The notes below the pieces were generated by a model, which worked only from the letters and a program-made list of their open reading frames with translations, had not been told where the DNA came from and made no database searches. A DNA stretch of 64,000 nt from an uncultured Nitrospira sp. (lineage in GTDB: Bacteria; Nitrospirota; Nitrospiria; Nitrospirales; Nitrospiraceae), in NCBI GenBank assembly GCA_902500825.1, contig CABVRX010000011.1:38409-102408 (forward strand), written 5' to 3'. Made by a program: the position numbers and the translations under genes. How positions within the stretch are numbered: the stretch's first letter is position 1; each line of letters begins with the position of its first letter. Below, in pieces: positions 1 to 8,978 of the stretch.

Positions 1-2
1 GC

Positions 3-602
3 ATTGAGCGCACAAGGCTCGCGCAGCAAGTCCTCCGCACAGATCCGCCACCGGCATCATTTCTCCTCCAACAACTTCATCGCCTTCCCAAGGGCAAGGT
101 CCTCGACGTGGCCTCCGGGAGGGGGCGTCACGCACTGTTCCTCGCCTCCCATGGCTATGAGGTCGATGCCGTCGATCGCGATGAACAGGCTCTCGCACAC
201 CTTTCTGCCGGCGCTCGAGTACAGCGCCTCACCGGCATCAGTGCACGAGTGCTTGATCTGGAGCAGCCGTCGATTGAACAGCTGAATCTCGGGCATGAGG
301 CGTATGATGCCGTTCTCGTCTTCTTTTATCTAAACCGACCGCTCTTCCCTTATCTTATCGACGCGCTGAAACCCGGCGGGGTCTTGCTCTCTGAAACCTT
401 TACTGTCGATAACCACATCCAGCGTCGGCATCCACGGCGTCGAGAGTTTTGCCTTGCGCACTGTGAACTCTTGAGCCTCACACCCCGCCTCCGCGTTCTC
501 CATTATGACGAAGGGCTTCACGAAGGAGCGGACGGCTCGGAGTCCGTGTACACGGCTCAACTTGCGGCGCAGAAACCTTCAGCTCCAGGACCGTCGGCAT
601 GA
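3..602 (+). CDS. Class I SAM-dependent methyltransferase (TehB-like), 5' end outside window
   Basis: Motif I VLDVASGRGRHALFLA. The frame is open from base 3 up to the track start at 108. Stop overlaps the next ATG. Confidence 0.8.
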   Translation: MERTRLAQQVLRTDPPPASFLLQQLHRLPKGKVLDVASGRGRHALFLASHGYEVDAVDRDEQALAHLSAGARVQRLTGISARVLDLEQPSIEQLNLGHEAYDAVLVFFYLNRPLFPYLIDALKPGGVLLSETFTVDNHIQRRHPRRREFCLAHCELLSLTPRLRVLHYDEGLHEGADGSESVYTAQLAAQKPSAPGPSA

Positions 603-1447
603 GCCGCTTGGACCTTCACCTCCATACCACCCACTCTGACGGGAGTTGCACGCCCACCGAAGTGGTGAACATGGCACACCGAGCAGCGGTGACAGCTTTG
701 GCGATTACCGATCACGACATCACGACGGGTATCGCCGAAGCCATTGCGGTCGGACAAGAGTATGCGATCGAGATCATACCAGGAGTCGAAATCAGCTCGC
801 TTGCCGGCAGCTCGGAGCTACACATTCTCGGGTATTTTCTTGATTGGCAGAACTCCGATTTGCTCGAACGTCTCAAGATCCTGCGAGACGCTCGTCATCG
901 CCGGAATCCACTGATCATTGAACGCTTACAAACCCTGGGAATCGACATTACCTACGACGAAGTCCGCGCACTCGCCTGCACCGATTCGATCGGCAGACCG
1001 CACATCGCCCGAGTCTTAATGGACAAACACGTCGTCGCTTCCGCCAAAGAAGCCTTTGATCGGTTTCTTGCCGAAGGTAAACCGGCTTATGTTCCTCGGG
1101 AGCTCCCGAGCCCTACCGAAGCCATTCACTGGATCAAGGCTGCCGGCGGACTCGCCGTCCTAGCCCATCCGACGTGGGTCAAGGTGACAGAACAGCCGTT
1201 GATTGATCTGGTTCGACGACTCAAAGCCGACGGGCTCGACGGTGTAGAGGTCTACTATAGTACCCATGCTGCGCGACAGACTCGCGAATACCTCAGTCTA
1301 GCCCAACAACTCGGTCTATTGGTCACCGGTGGAAGCGACTTTCATGGCCTCACGAAACCCGACATCGAAGTCGGCATCGGAAAGGGCGCACTCCATATTC
1401 CAACCTCGCTGCTTCCCAAGATGAAGGAAGCCGCCGGGCGGCTCTAG
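599..1447 (+). CDS. PHP domain phosphoesterase (TrpH/YciV-like)
   Basis: DLHLHTTHSDG, AITDHD, GVEIS, HILGY, LAHP and TGGSDFHG motifs. Confidence 0.9.
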   Translation: MSRLDLHLHTTHSDGSCTPTEVVNMAHRAAVTALAITDHDITTGIAEAIAVGQEYAIEIIPGVEISSLAGSSELHILGYFLDWQNSDLLERLKILRDARHRRNPLIIERLQTLGIDITYDEVRALACTDSIGRPHIARVLMDKHVVASAKEAFDRFLAEGKPAYVPRELPSPTEAIHWIKAAGGLAVLAHPTWVKVTEQPLIDLVRRLKADGLDGVEVYYSTHAARQTREYLSLAQQLGLLVTGGSDFHGLTKPDIEVGIGKGALHIPTSLLPKMKEAAGRL

Positions 1448-1536
1448 CCCACATTATTCGTCCGCATAATTCCCTCAATCCATTGACTCCTCTTTGGTAT
1501 CCGCTAGACTCTGATCATCTTCAGACTTCTTCACCT

Positions 1537-2928
1537 ATGGTCAACGCGTCGAGCTGGGCCGTTCAATATGCAGTTGTCGCACTGGTGGCGCTCTTTGCCG
1601 GTCCCGTACTGAGCAAACTGCCGGAAGCCCGATCATTTCCCGTCACACTGTTCGACCTGACCGCCTCTCAAACTATTCACCTCGTCGTTGAGGGAACGGG
1701 AGTGGTCGCTCTCTGTATTCTTTCGCTCCGGGCATTCCGACAGATGCCGGATAATGGACGAGGCTTCTCGTTTCTTCGACAAATGGTCTTTCCCGTTACG
1801 ACCCTATTCCTTGTGATCGTAACGGATAGGACTCTCCGCGTTGCCGGACTTCCGCTTCTCGACCGTGCAGGATCCACCATATATACCCAAACCTACGCTG
1901 CATCATTGACGCTGATCGGAGTCTGGATCACCGCCGCGTGGCTCTTCCATCTCGATGCCCTTCACCGTTTTTTCGTGAAACCTGTGCAATCGACTCGCCG
2001 TCAAGAACCTGAGCCGCAAGACGAGGACGCCGACGAAATCGACCCGGAACAGGAAAACAGCAAGTCTGCAGCACATATCCTCACCGCACAGAACAGCCCA
2101 CCAAGTACGCTGGGTCGGTATAAGGTCTTAAAGGAACTGGGGCGCGGCTCGATGGGGGTGGTGTATCTTGGGAAAGATCCGACGATTCAACGATTCGTGG
2201 CGATCAAAACCATGCGACTCGATGAGATCGATGACCACGATAAGCTTCAGGAGGTAAAGGCTCGGTTCTTTCGGGAGGCCGAATCCACCGGCCGACTGTC
2301 TCATTCCAATATCGTCACGATCTTCGACGCCGGAGAAGAAGACGACCTCGGCTACATCGCCATGGAGCTGCTTCAGGGCACCACGCTCAAACAGTGGTCG
2401 CGAAAACCGAACCTCCTGCCGCTGGAAAAGGTGATCTCCATACTGGCGACCGTCGCCGAAGCGATGGACTATGCCCACCAGCAGGGCGTTGTGCATCGCG
2501 ACATCAAACCGGCAAACATCATGCTGACCACCGATGGGGTCGTCAAGGTCATGGACTTCGGCATCGCCAAAATGGCGACGTCGTCGAAAACTCAGACGAA
2601 TATTGTGCTGGGAACTCCCACGTACATGTCACCCGAACAGATCTCAGGAAAGAAGGTGGATGGGCGATCAGATATTTTTTCGCTCGCCGTCGTGATGTTC
2701 GAACTTTTGACCGGTCGTCCACCCTTTACTGCGGACAACGTCTCGGCATTGCTGTTCGCTATCGCTCACACACCGCATCTCAGCGTAAAAACCATCAGGC
2801 CTGATCTCCCTCCTACTGTAAAGAAAATCTTGGATCAAGCACTGCAGAAAGACCCGGTCCATCGCTATCGCCGCGCCGACGATCTCGCCATGGAACTTCG
2901 GTCCTGCCTCGAAGAGTTAGCCGCATAA
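1537..2928 (+). CDS. Ser/Thr protein kinase with N-terminal multi-TM region
   Basis: ELGRGSMGVVY, VAIK, HRDIKPAN, DFG, GTPTYMSPE. Hydrophobic helices in the N-terminal third. ATG 1537 preferred over TTG 1483. Confidence 0.9.
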   Translation: MVNASSWAVQYAVVALVALFAGPVLSKLPEARSFPVTLFDLTASQTIHLVVEGTGVVALCILSLRAFRQMPDNGRGFSFLRQMVFPVTTLFLVIVTDRTLRVAGLPLLDRAGSTIYTQTYAASLTLIGVWITAAWLFHLDALHRFFVKPVQSTRRQEPEPQDEDADEIDPEQENSKSAAHILTAQNSPPSTLGRYKVLKELGRGSMGVVYLGKDPTIQRFVAIKTMRLDEIDDHDKLQEVKARFFREAESTGRLSHSNIVTIFDAGEEDDLGYIAMELLQGTTLKQWSRKPNLLPLEKVISILATVAEAMDYAHQQGVVHRDIKPANIMLTTDGVVKVMDFGIAKMATSSKTQTNIVLGTPTYMSPEQISGKKVDGRSDIFSLAVVMFELLTGRPPFTADNVSALLFAIAHTPHLSVKTIRPDLPPTVKKILDQALQKDPVHRYRRADDLAMELRSCLEELAA

Positions 2929-3079
2929 ATTCCACGTGCTGATGATTCTCTCGATTCTCCACTGGAGTTTCGATTTCCAGCCGGCTCTTCCCGATCGCCG
3001 TTGATGAATCGCGTCACGTCGACAGTCGAACGCAACTCAAGCTATGCTGCGCGGATACGCGTAGACGATGTACGAATCT

Positions 3080-3748
3080 TTAGTTCCGGAGATGAAGGCG
3101 GCCTTTGGGCAAGCTTTGGTAGCAACCTTCGGAGAGATCCTGTTCGTGTTCCTGCAAACATTGCAGAATTCGGCCATCACCCGGCTGTACTGTAAGACAG
3201 AACCGTTTCATGTCTTCGACACAGGCAAGCTTATATCCTTCAGCTTCCTTCCACCGTACCATCCGTTGCCGGACGATCTGTTGACAAGTAGTACCCAATT
3301 GTTTCATGCGCTGTATGACGCAACGTCGGCGGGCTTCTCCCGAAAGCGAATCCGGACAGTATGACTGCACCTCAGCCTCACATCTCACTTCTGCGATTTC
3401 TCTGGCACGCCTGTCGTGCGGAACGGACAATCCGCCCACAGTGGGGACAGAAGACGAGTCTGCCGTTGCCACCGACCTCTCGGAAGGCCGGTTGACCACG
3501 CCTGGGATCGTCAGGTCGAGTTCCGGTCCGTGCTGCACTTCAACAACCGATGAAGCCGGTTGCGCCGAGAACATCTCTTCCTTCGAGGGGAAATGTGCCC
3601 AGATGATGGTCCAAACTAAGATCAACCCCGCCGCTGAGATGGAGTTCGTGACGGCTTTTCCGGACCGTTCCTGAGTGTCCGTAGTCTTCATCACGGTGAG
3701 GATAGAATAAAGCGGCAGGAAAATCACCGAAACGGGAGTTTTGCGCAA
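3080..3748 (-). CDS. Cysteine-rich repeat protein (Cys_rich_FGFR-like repeats), membrane anchored
   Basis: Two C-x7-C...C...C units (CEAEVQSYC...; CVEDMKRFC...GRILQCLQEH...GC) and one TM. Start may be 3691. Confidence 0.7.
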   Translation of the reverse strand: MRKTPVSVIFLPLYSILTVMKTTDTQERSGKAVTNSISAAGLILVWTIIWAHFPSKEEMFSAQPASSVVEVQHGPELDLTIPGVVNRPSERSVATADSSSVPTVGGLSVPHDRRAREIAEVRCEAEVQSYCPDSLSGEARRRCVIQRMKQLGTTCQQIVRQRMVRWKEAEGYKLACVEDMKRFCLTVQPGDGRILQCLQEHEQDLSEGCYQSLPKGRLHLRN

Positions 3749-3786
3749 GTCGGCGCCGTCGACCGAACAGACAGGAATAGGTGGAA

Positions 3787-4800
3787 CTAATTGTCCGGGG
3801 TTTCGACGATGTGATTCTCGAACCTGGTACAGCCTTCTGCCAATAGCCGATTGGTCAACATCTCACCCGGCCATTCAATCGGCAGATCGGCAGTGAAGAC
3901 CCAGACATCGGGAGAGGTCCAGACAGGGCCGTGTTCGTCCGGAAGTTCCGGATCGAACAGGTCGGTCCATACGGGCATATAGACTCCATTTCCACATTGC
4001 GTATGGAGGTGGACGATAGTACGAGACCTCATCAGCGGATCCAGCTCCCTCCACACAGCGGCAGTCTCATCGGCAAGGTGATGGAGGCGTACCGCATTCT
4101 GCGCGTCGAACATGGCATACGCGGCGTACACCGGCGCCTCAATCGTATCCGGCGCACATGCCAGCTCCGGACATTGTTTCACCAACCCTTCGAGGATTTC
4201 GCGGCGTGGTCGATCCTCCCACGCATCGGGCAAAGCTGGATCCGGAGCGCCGATCAACTCAAACAGGAGGAATGCGGTATTTTCGACCGGAGGGAGCAAC
4301 CGCGCCGCCACGGATTGGGCCCGCCTGGAGTCTGCGACTGTCACAAGGTGGTCATGGAGCAATTGTAGATTCAGCATTTCCAAGGTGGCATCGGTCAAGA
4401 GGCGCGACTCGACGCGAACCACCGTTCCAACAGGAAGCTCGAGATACTTATGCAACAGATCGGCCGTGGCGATCGGATCGATCTTCAGCTTGAGTGGGGC
4501 GGTGAGATTCGCCTGCAGGGGAAGTTCCAGGGCGGCCATTGTGGCATAAGCCGGCTTTTCGTCGTTCGGTCCGTCCACCAGCAACGTGCAGCTCGCCTCG
4601 GCGACGAGATCGAATAACCATTCGGCCATTTCTTCATCGAGCGCCGCAAGCACGGTCAGTAAATCGTGCTCCCGTCCTTGCTCAAGAAACGCCTGCAAGG
4701 TATCGATCGCATCATCGGTGTCGCCATGATCATGGCGACGGGCATTGATGAGATGAATGAGATCCCGTGTGAGTGGATCGGGACGAGACCAGCCTAACAT
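3787..4800 (-). CDS. Hypothetical acidic protein, 337 aa
   Basis: Long ORF with protein-like composition filling the gap between neighbours. No motif recognised. Confidence 0.7.
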   Translation of the reverse strand: MLGWSRPDPLTRDLIHLINARRHDHGDTDDAIDTLQAFLEQGREHDLLTVLAALDEEMAEWLFDLVAEASCTLLVDGPNDEKPAYATMAALELPLQANLTAPLKLKIDPIATADLLHKYLELPVGTVVRVESRLLTDATLEMLNLQLLHDHLVTVADSRRAQSVAARLLPPVENTAFLLFELIGAPDPALPDAWEDRPRREILEGLVKQCPELACAPDTIEAPVYAAYAMFDAQNAVRLHHLADETAAVWRELDPLMRSRTIVHLHTQCGNGVYMPVWTDLFDPELPDEHGPVWTSPDVWVFTADLPIEWPGEMLTNRLLAEGCTRFENHIVETPDN

Positions 4801-4935
4801 CGAGACTCCCTACTGTTGTACGAGCCAACGGTCACGGCTCGACAATTCACAAGGCATGTTGCCAAAATTTTCCTACCCATGCAAGCCTCACGACGATTAC
4901 TCGCGACGCGCCGTGCATATAATCGATACATTTCT

Positions 4936-5349
4936 CTATTCACCGATAATCTTCACAAGAACCCGCTTACGACGACGTCCATCGAACTCGCCGTAAAAAA
5001 TTCGCTCCCAAGGACCGAAGTCGAGTTTTCCCTCTGTGAGTGCGACGACGACTTCCCGCCCCATCACTTGTCGCTTCAGATGAGCATCACCATTGTCCTC
5101 GCCGGTGTCGTTATGCCGATACACCGCCTCCTGAGGAGCAAGCCGTTCCAAGAAGTCATCATAGTCCCGTAGTAGGCCGGACTCATCGTCGTTGATGTAC
5201 ACACTGGCCGTGATGTGCATCGCGTTCACCAGGACAAGACCTTCCCGTATTCCGCTCTTCTTTACCACTGCCTCGACGTGGGGCGTGATATTGAGGTAGG
5301 CCCGTCTGGTCTTTGTCTCGAACCAGAGTTCTTCACGGTAGGACTTCAT
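4936..5349 (-). CDS. yjbQ: YjbQ/UPF0047 family protein
   Basis: [18 protein letters not shown] and [18 protein letters not shown] motifs. Start MKSYREE at 5349. Confidence 0.9.
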   Translation of the reverse strand: MKSYREELWFETKTRRAYLNITPHVEAVVKKSGIREGLVLVNAMHITASVYINDDESGLLRDYDDFLERLAPQEAVYRHNDTGEDNGDAHLKRQVMGREVVVALTEGKLDFGPWERIFYGEFDGRRRKRVLVKIIGE

Positions 5350-5580
5350 GATCGTTGACCACAGCATTGTGCCTGCCGCCTTGACGGACATGCAAGAGGG
5401 CAGTGCGATTCTTGGATGTTTCGCCGCCGCAGAAAATACAAGAATGGTAGCCGTCAATTCTGTTGAGCGCCCGCACCGAATACGCCCTGCCGAAAACGCC
5501 TACAAAATTGACAGCCCCCAGCCTTGGTGATAAGTACCTTTTCAGCTTCTACGTTGCTGTCCGCTGGAGGGAGGTGCTCG

Positions 5581-6357
5581 ATGTTTGCTATCGCTGGGGG
5601 TCCGTCGTCCGTCGGCAGTCCTCTGAATTGGAACCTACTTTTTGCTCGTCAACCGGAACCGGATCTGGAATTCACAGAAGAGGAGCTGGAACAGACAACC
5701 ACGATTCGATCACCTTCGCCCATGAAGCCACCCAAGAAATCAAGCGGACGCTCTTTACTGTGGGTACTTGTGTTGGTCTTGATCGGCGCCGGCGCCTATG
5801 TCGCAATGGAGCCGGAGATGATCATGGAGTATGTGGGGCCGCTTCTCGGTGAATCGTCGGCTCCGACGCCACCACCGCCGGTCGCCCAAAAATCGGCGCC
5901 TCCGAAGCCGACACCGCCTGTCCCGGTCGCTCAACCTCAAGCCGCTGCTCCGACTCCGTCACCTGCGACACCGGTTGAAACACCGCAGGCTGTCATGCCA
6001 ACTCCCACGCCCGTTCCCACTCCGCCGGCCAGCCCGTCGATGCCGACGGCCACAGCTCCGATTCAAACCCCGCCGTCACCAGCACCGGCACCCGTTGCAC
6101 CCGTCACCGCTTCTCCGACTCCGCTGTTCAGCGAAGGACAGCGCGTCAGCGTACTCGCGGATCCGACGAATCCCATGGCAAAAGTGGTCCTGGCTCAGAA
6201 TGCAGAAGGGACAAGACCGGGACCAGCCATTCCACCGGGAACCACCCTCACGATTCTGGACGGTGACCTGCAGACCAACGGATGGGTCTATTCCGTCCGC
6301 AGCGACTTCGGCACGAAAGGTTGGTTGACTGAGAAGCAGCTTAAATTGAAACGCTGA
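5581..6357 (+). CDS. Single-TM protein with Pro/Thr/Ala-rich linker and C-terminal SH3-like domain
   Basis: TM LLWVLVLVLIGAGAYVAM, long PTP-rich stretch, C-terminal GWVYSVRSDFGTKGWL. Confidence 0.7.
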   Translation: MFAIAGGPSSVGSPLNWNLLFARQPEPDLEFTEEELEQTTTIRSPSPMKPPKKSSGRSLLWVLVLVLIGAGAYVAMEPEMIMEYVGPLLGESSAPTPPPPVAQKSAPPKPTPPVPVAQPQAAAPTPSPATPVETPQAVMPTPTPVPTPPASPSMPTATAPIQTPPSPAPAPVAPVTASPTPLFSEGQRVSVLADPTNPMAKVVLAQNAEGTRPGPAIPPGTTLTILDGDLQTNGWVYSVRSDFGTKGWLTEKQLKLKR

Positions 6358-6416
6358 TCGTCTTTCGCACCTCACTCATTAGGCACAGCGGGCGGCGATC
6401 GTATCCCCCCCCGCTG

Positions 6417-6425
6417 TGCTATAAT
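6417..6425 (+). promoter_or_regulatory. Extended -10 promoter (TGCTATAAT) for the HAD-BtuF-like-hpnD-hpnE operon
   Basis: Perfect TGnTATAAT 57 nt upstream of the ATG at 6483. Confidence 0.6.
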
Positions 6426-6482
6426 GCCGCCAGTTTGCGCCGCCATCGTAGATGGTGAGACATCACTAACATTCAGGGATCC

Positions 6483-7166
6483 ATGCGCGCCGTGATCTTT
6501 GACTTCGACGGTGTCATTGCCGACACCGAGCCGCTTCACTTTGAAAGTCTGCGCCGGATACTGGCAGACATCGGGATCATATTGACAGAAACAGACTATT
6601 ACGCCGACTATCTCGGCTTCGACGATCGTGGATGCATTCTGGAAGCGCTACGAATCAATACACGCCCGATCTCTTCCTCGCTCGTGGAAGAATTGATGGC
6701 AAAAAAGGCCGCTGCCTATTTGGCCTCGATCAAGGATCACCTGGTGATTTTTCCGGGTGTGCGAGAATTTGTCGAAGATGCGGCAGCCACCTACCCCATT
6801 GCCATCGCCTCGGGTGCCTTGCGCGCTGAGATCGAGTTGGTGTTGGAACAAATCGGGATCCGAAAAGCGTTTGGTCATATTACCAGCGCGGAAGATGTGG
6901 CGTGTGGAAAACCGAATCCGGAACCGTTCCTGCAAGCCCTGGCCGGCTTGAACCGTCGATACACCGCTGCTCCGATTCTGCCGGATTCCTGCTTGGCCAT
7001 CGAAGATTCACGCCCCGGTATCCGAGCCGCGCGATCAGCGGGAATGAAGGTCTTGGCAGTAGCCAATACCCACATCGCGCAAGATCTTCACGAGGCCGAT
7101 GCAATCAGCTATAGTTTGAACGAAACGCATCTCAAGGATTTACGCACCCGCTTGTGGCCGACATAA
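6483..7166 (+). CDS. HAD family phosphatase
   Basis: IFDFDGVIADTE, IASGA, KPNPEP and IEDS motifs. Confidence 0.9.
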   Translation: MRAVIFDFDGVIADTEPLHFESLRRILADIGIILTETDYYADYLGFDDRGCILEALRINTRPISSSLVEELMAKKAAAYLASIKDHLVIFPGVREFVEDAAATYPIAIASGALRAEIELVLEQIGIRKAFGHITSAEDVACGKPNPEPFLQALAGLNRRYTAAPILPDSCLAIEDSRPGIRAARSAGMKVLAVANTHIAQDLHEADAISYSLNETHLKDLRTRLWPT

Positions 7167-7179
7167 ACTCGATCCAACG

Positions 7180-8121
7180 ATGAGAATCTGCTCGCTCATC
7201 CCCGGGGCAACAGAAGTAGTCGCCGCTCTCGATTTGGTTGACCGACTGGTCGGTATCAGCCACGAATGCGACTTCCCTGCCTCGGTTCGACACGTTCCGG
7301 TCATGATCGAACCCATGGTCGGAAAGGATGGCGGATCTGGAGGAGAAATCGACCGACAGGTCAAAGAGCTGGTTGCGTCAGGACAGCGGCTTTACCAACT
7401 CGATGAGGACGCTTTTTGCCGAGCTCGTCCGGACCTTATTCTGACACAAGACCTGTGTCACGTCTGCTCAGTCACACCGGACCAACTCACACGCGCGATC
7501 GATTCACTTCAGCATCGACCCGACATGCTCACACTCAGCCCAACGACGTTAGACGGCATGATCCATGATATCGAGCGCATCGCCGAGGCGGCAGGTGTTC
7601 TCGCAAAGGGGCGAGTACTCGCCCAGGAGCTCCGTCATCGAGTGAACCGCGTGCGTGCAGAGACCAGCAGGACACCGTTGCGCCCGCGCGTGGTGTGCCT
7701 TGAATGGCTGGATCCGCTCTATGTTGCAGGTCACTGGGTTCCGGAAATGGTGGCGTTGGCCGGCGGTCACGATGTCCTTGGATCGCAAGACACCCCATCG
7801 CATGAAACGACGTGGCCTGCAGTGGAGGCCGCTCGACCAGACGTGATCCTTGTGATGCCCTGCGGGTACTCCGTCGAGCGCACGGTCGCAGAACTCCGGC
7901 ACGCCGGACCAACCGCTGACGCGTGGCGGCGAGCTTGTCGACAGAGTCCGGATCTCTACGTCGTCGATGCGGCATCCTTCTTCAGCCGCCCTGGGCCTCG
8001 ACTCGTTGATGGCCTGGAGCTGCTTGCGGCCATTCTGCATCCGGCTACTGACTATCCTCTCGACCCGGCCAAAGCGGTCAAACTTGAGACCGCAACACTC
8101 ACCGCAGGCTGCACGTCATGA
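7180..8121 (+). CDS. Cobalamin/Fe-siderophore substrate-binding fold protein (BtuF-like), no signal peptide
   Basis: RICSLIPGATEVV, VGISHECDFP, PDLILTQDLC, EWLDP, SRPGPRLVDGLE. Confidence 0.8.
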   Translation: MRICSLIPGATEVVAALDLVDRLVGISHECDFPASVRHVPVMIEPMVGKDGGSGGEIDRQVKELVASGQRLYQLDEDAFCRARPDLILTQDLCHVCSVTPDQLTRAIDSLQHRPDMLTLSPTTLDGMIHDIERIAEAAGVLAKGRVLAQELRHRVNRVRAETSRTPLRPRVVCLEWLDPLYVAGHWVPEMVALAGGHDVLGSQDTPSHETTWPAVEAARPDVILVMPCGYSVERTVAELRHAGPTADAWRRACRQSPDLYVVDAASFFSRPGPRLVDGLELLAAILHPATDYPLDPAKAVKLETATLTAGCTS

Positions 8122-8978
8122 CGGTCTCTGAAGCTCAAGCCTATTGCACGGCCTACACGAAGAACAGCGGCAGCAATTTTTACTACTCGTTCCTGTTCCT
8201 TCCCAAAGCCAAACGCGACGCCATGTACACAGTCTATGCCTTCTGCAAGGCCGTCGACAGTGCCGTCGACGAACCGGTCTTCGGGAGCAACCCGAAAGAT
8301 GAACTCAAGCGTTGGCGTGAGGAGCTGGAGGCGGTGTATTCGGGCGCCCCCACCACTCCCATCATGGTGAGCCTCGCCCACCATGTGAAGGTCTTATCTA
8401 TTCCGAAGGCGTACTTCGAGGAATTGATCAAAGGCGTCGAGATGGATCTCTTCAACAATCGCTATGTCACGTTCGATGAGCTGTCACTCTATTGCTATCG
8501 CGTCGCGTCCGTAGTCGGGCTGATCTGTTTGCATATCTTCGGCGTCACATCGGCGCGTGCGCAGGATTATGCCGTGGCACTCGGCATGGCCTTCCAACTG
8601 ACCAACATCCTCCGCGATGTCGGAACAGACGCCGCCGAAAGTCGAATTTATCTGCCGCTGGAGGACTTACGAAAGTGGAATCATTCGGAAAAAGCCATAC
8701 TCAATCGAAGCTATTCTCCGGAGTTCTGTGCGTTGATGGAATATGAAGCCTCCCGAGCGCATCACTATTACAAGCGAGCCGATGCGGCTCTCCTGGGACT
8801 CTCGCCTCAGGAGCGCCGCGCACTGACGGTTGCGGAGATCATGCGCGGCATTTACCGTCGGATTTTGGAACGGATCGAACAGTCGAATTATCAAGTCTTC
8901 GGGTCGCGTATTAGTCTCACCACCACGCAACGCGTGAGTATTGCCCTGCGTATTTGGCTCCGCTCCAGATTCTTGTGA
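8118..8978 (+). CDS. hpnD: Presqualene diphosphate synthase HpnD (squalene/phytoene synthase family)
   Basis: SGSNFYYSF, YAFCKAVD, YCYRVASVVG, QLTNILRDV, RIYLP. ATGA overlap with the upstream gene. Confidence 0.8.
   Translation: MTVSEAQAYCTAYTKNSGSNFYYSFLFLPKAKRDAMYTVYAFCKAVDSAVDEPVFGSNPKDELKRWREELEAVYSGAPTTPIMVSLAHHVKVLSIPKAYFEELIKGVEMDLFNNRYVTFDELSLYCYRVASVVGLICLHIFGVTSARAQDYAVALGMAFQLTNILRDVGTDAAESRIYLPLEDLRKWNHSEKAILNRSYSPEFCALMEYEASRAHHYYKRADAALLGLSPQERRALTVAEIMRGIYRRILERIEQSNYQVFGSRISLTTTQRVSIALRIWLRSRFL

Noticed and set aside
5860-6125. Tandem repeat or CRISPR-like array
   Set aside because: Low-complexity Pro/Thr/Ala coding linker with no fixed repeat-spacer units.
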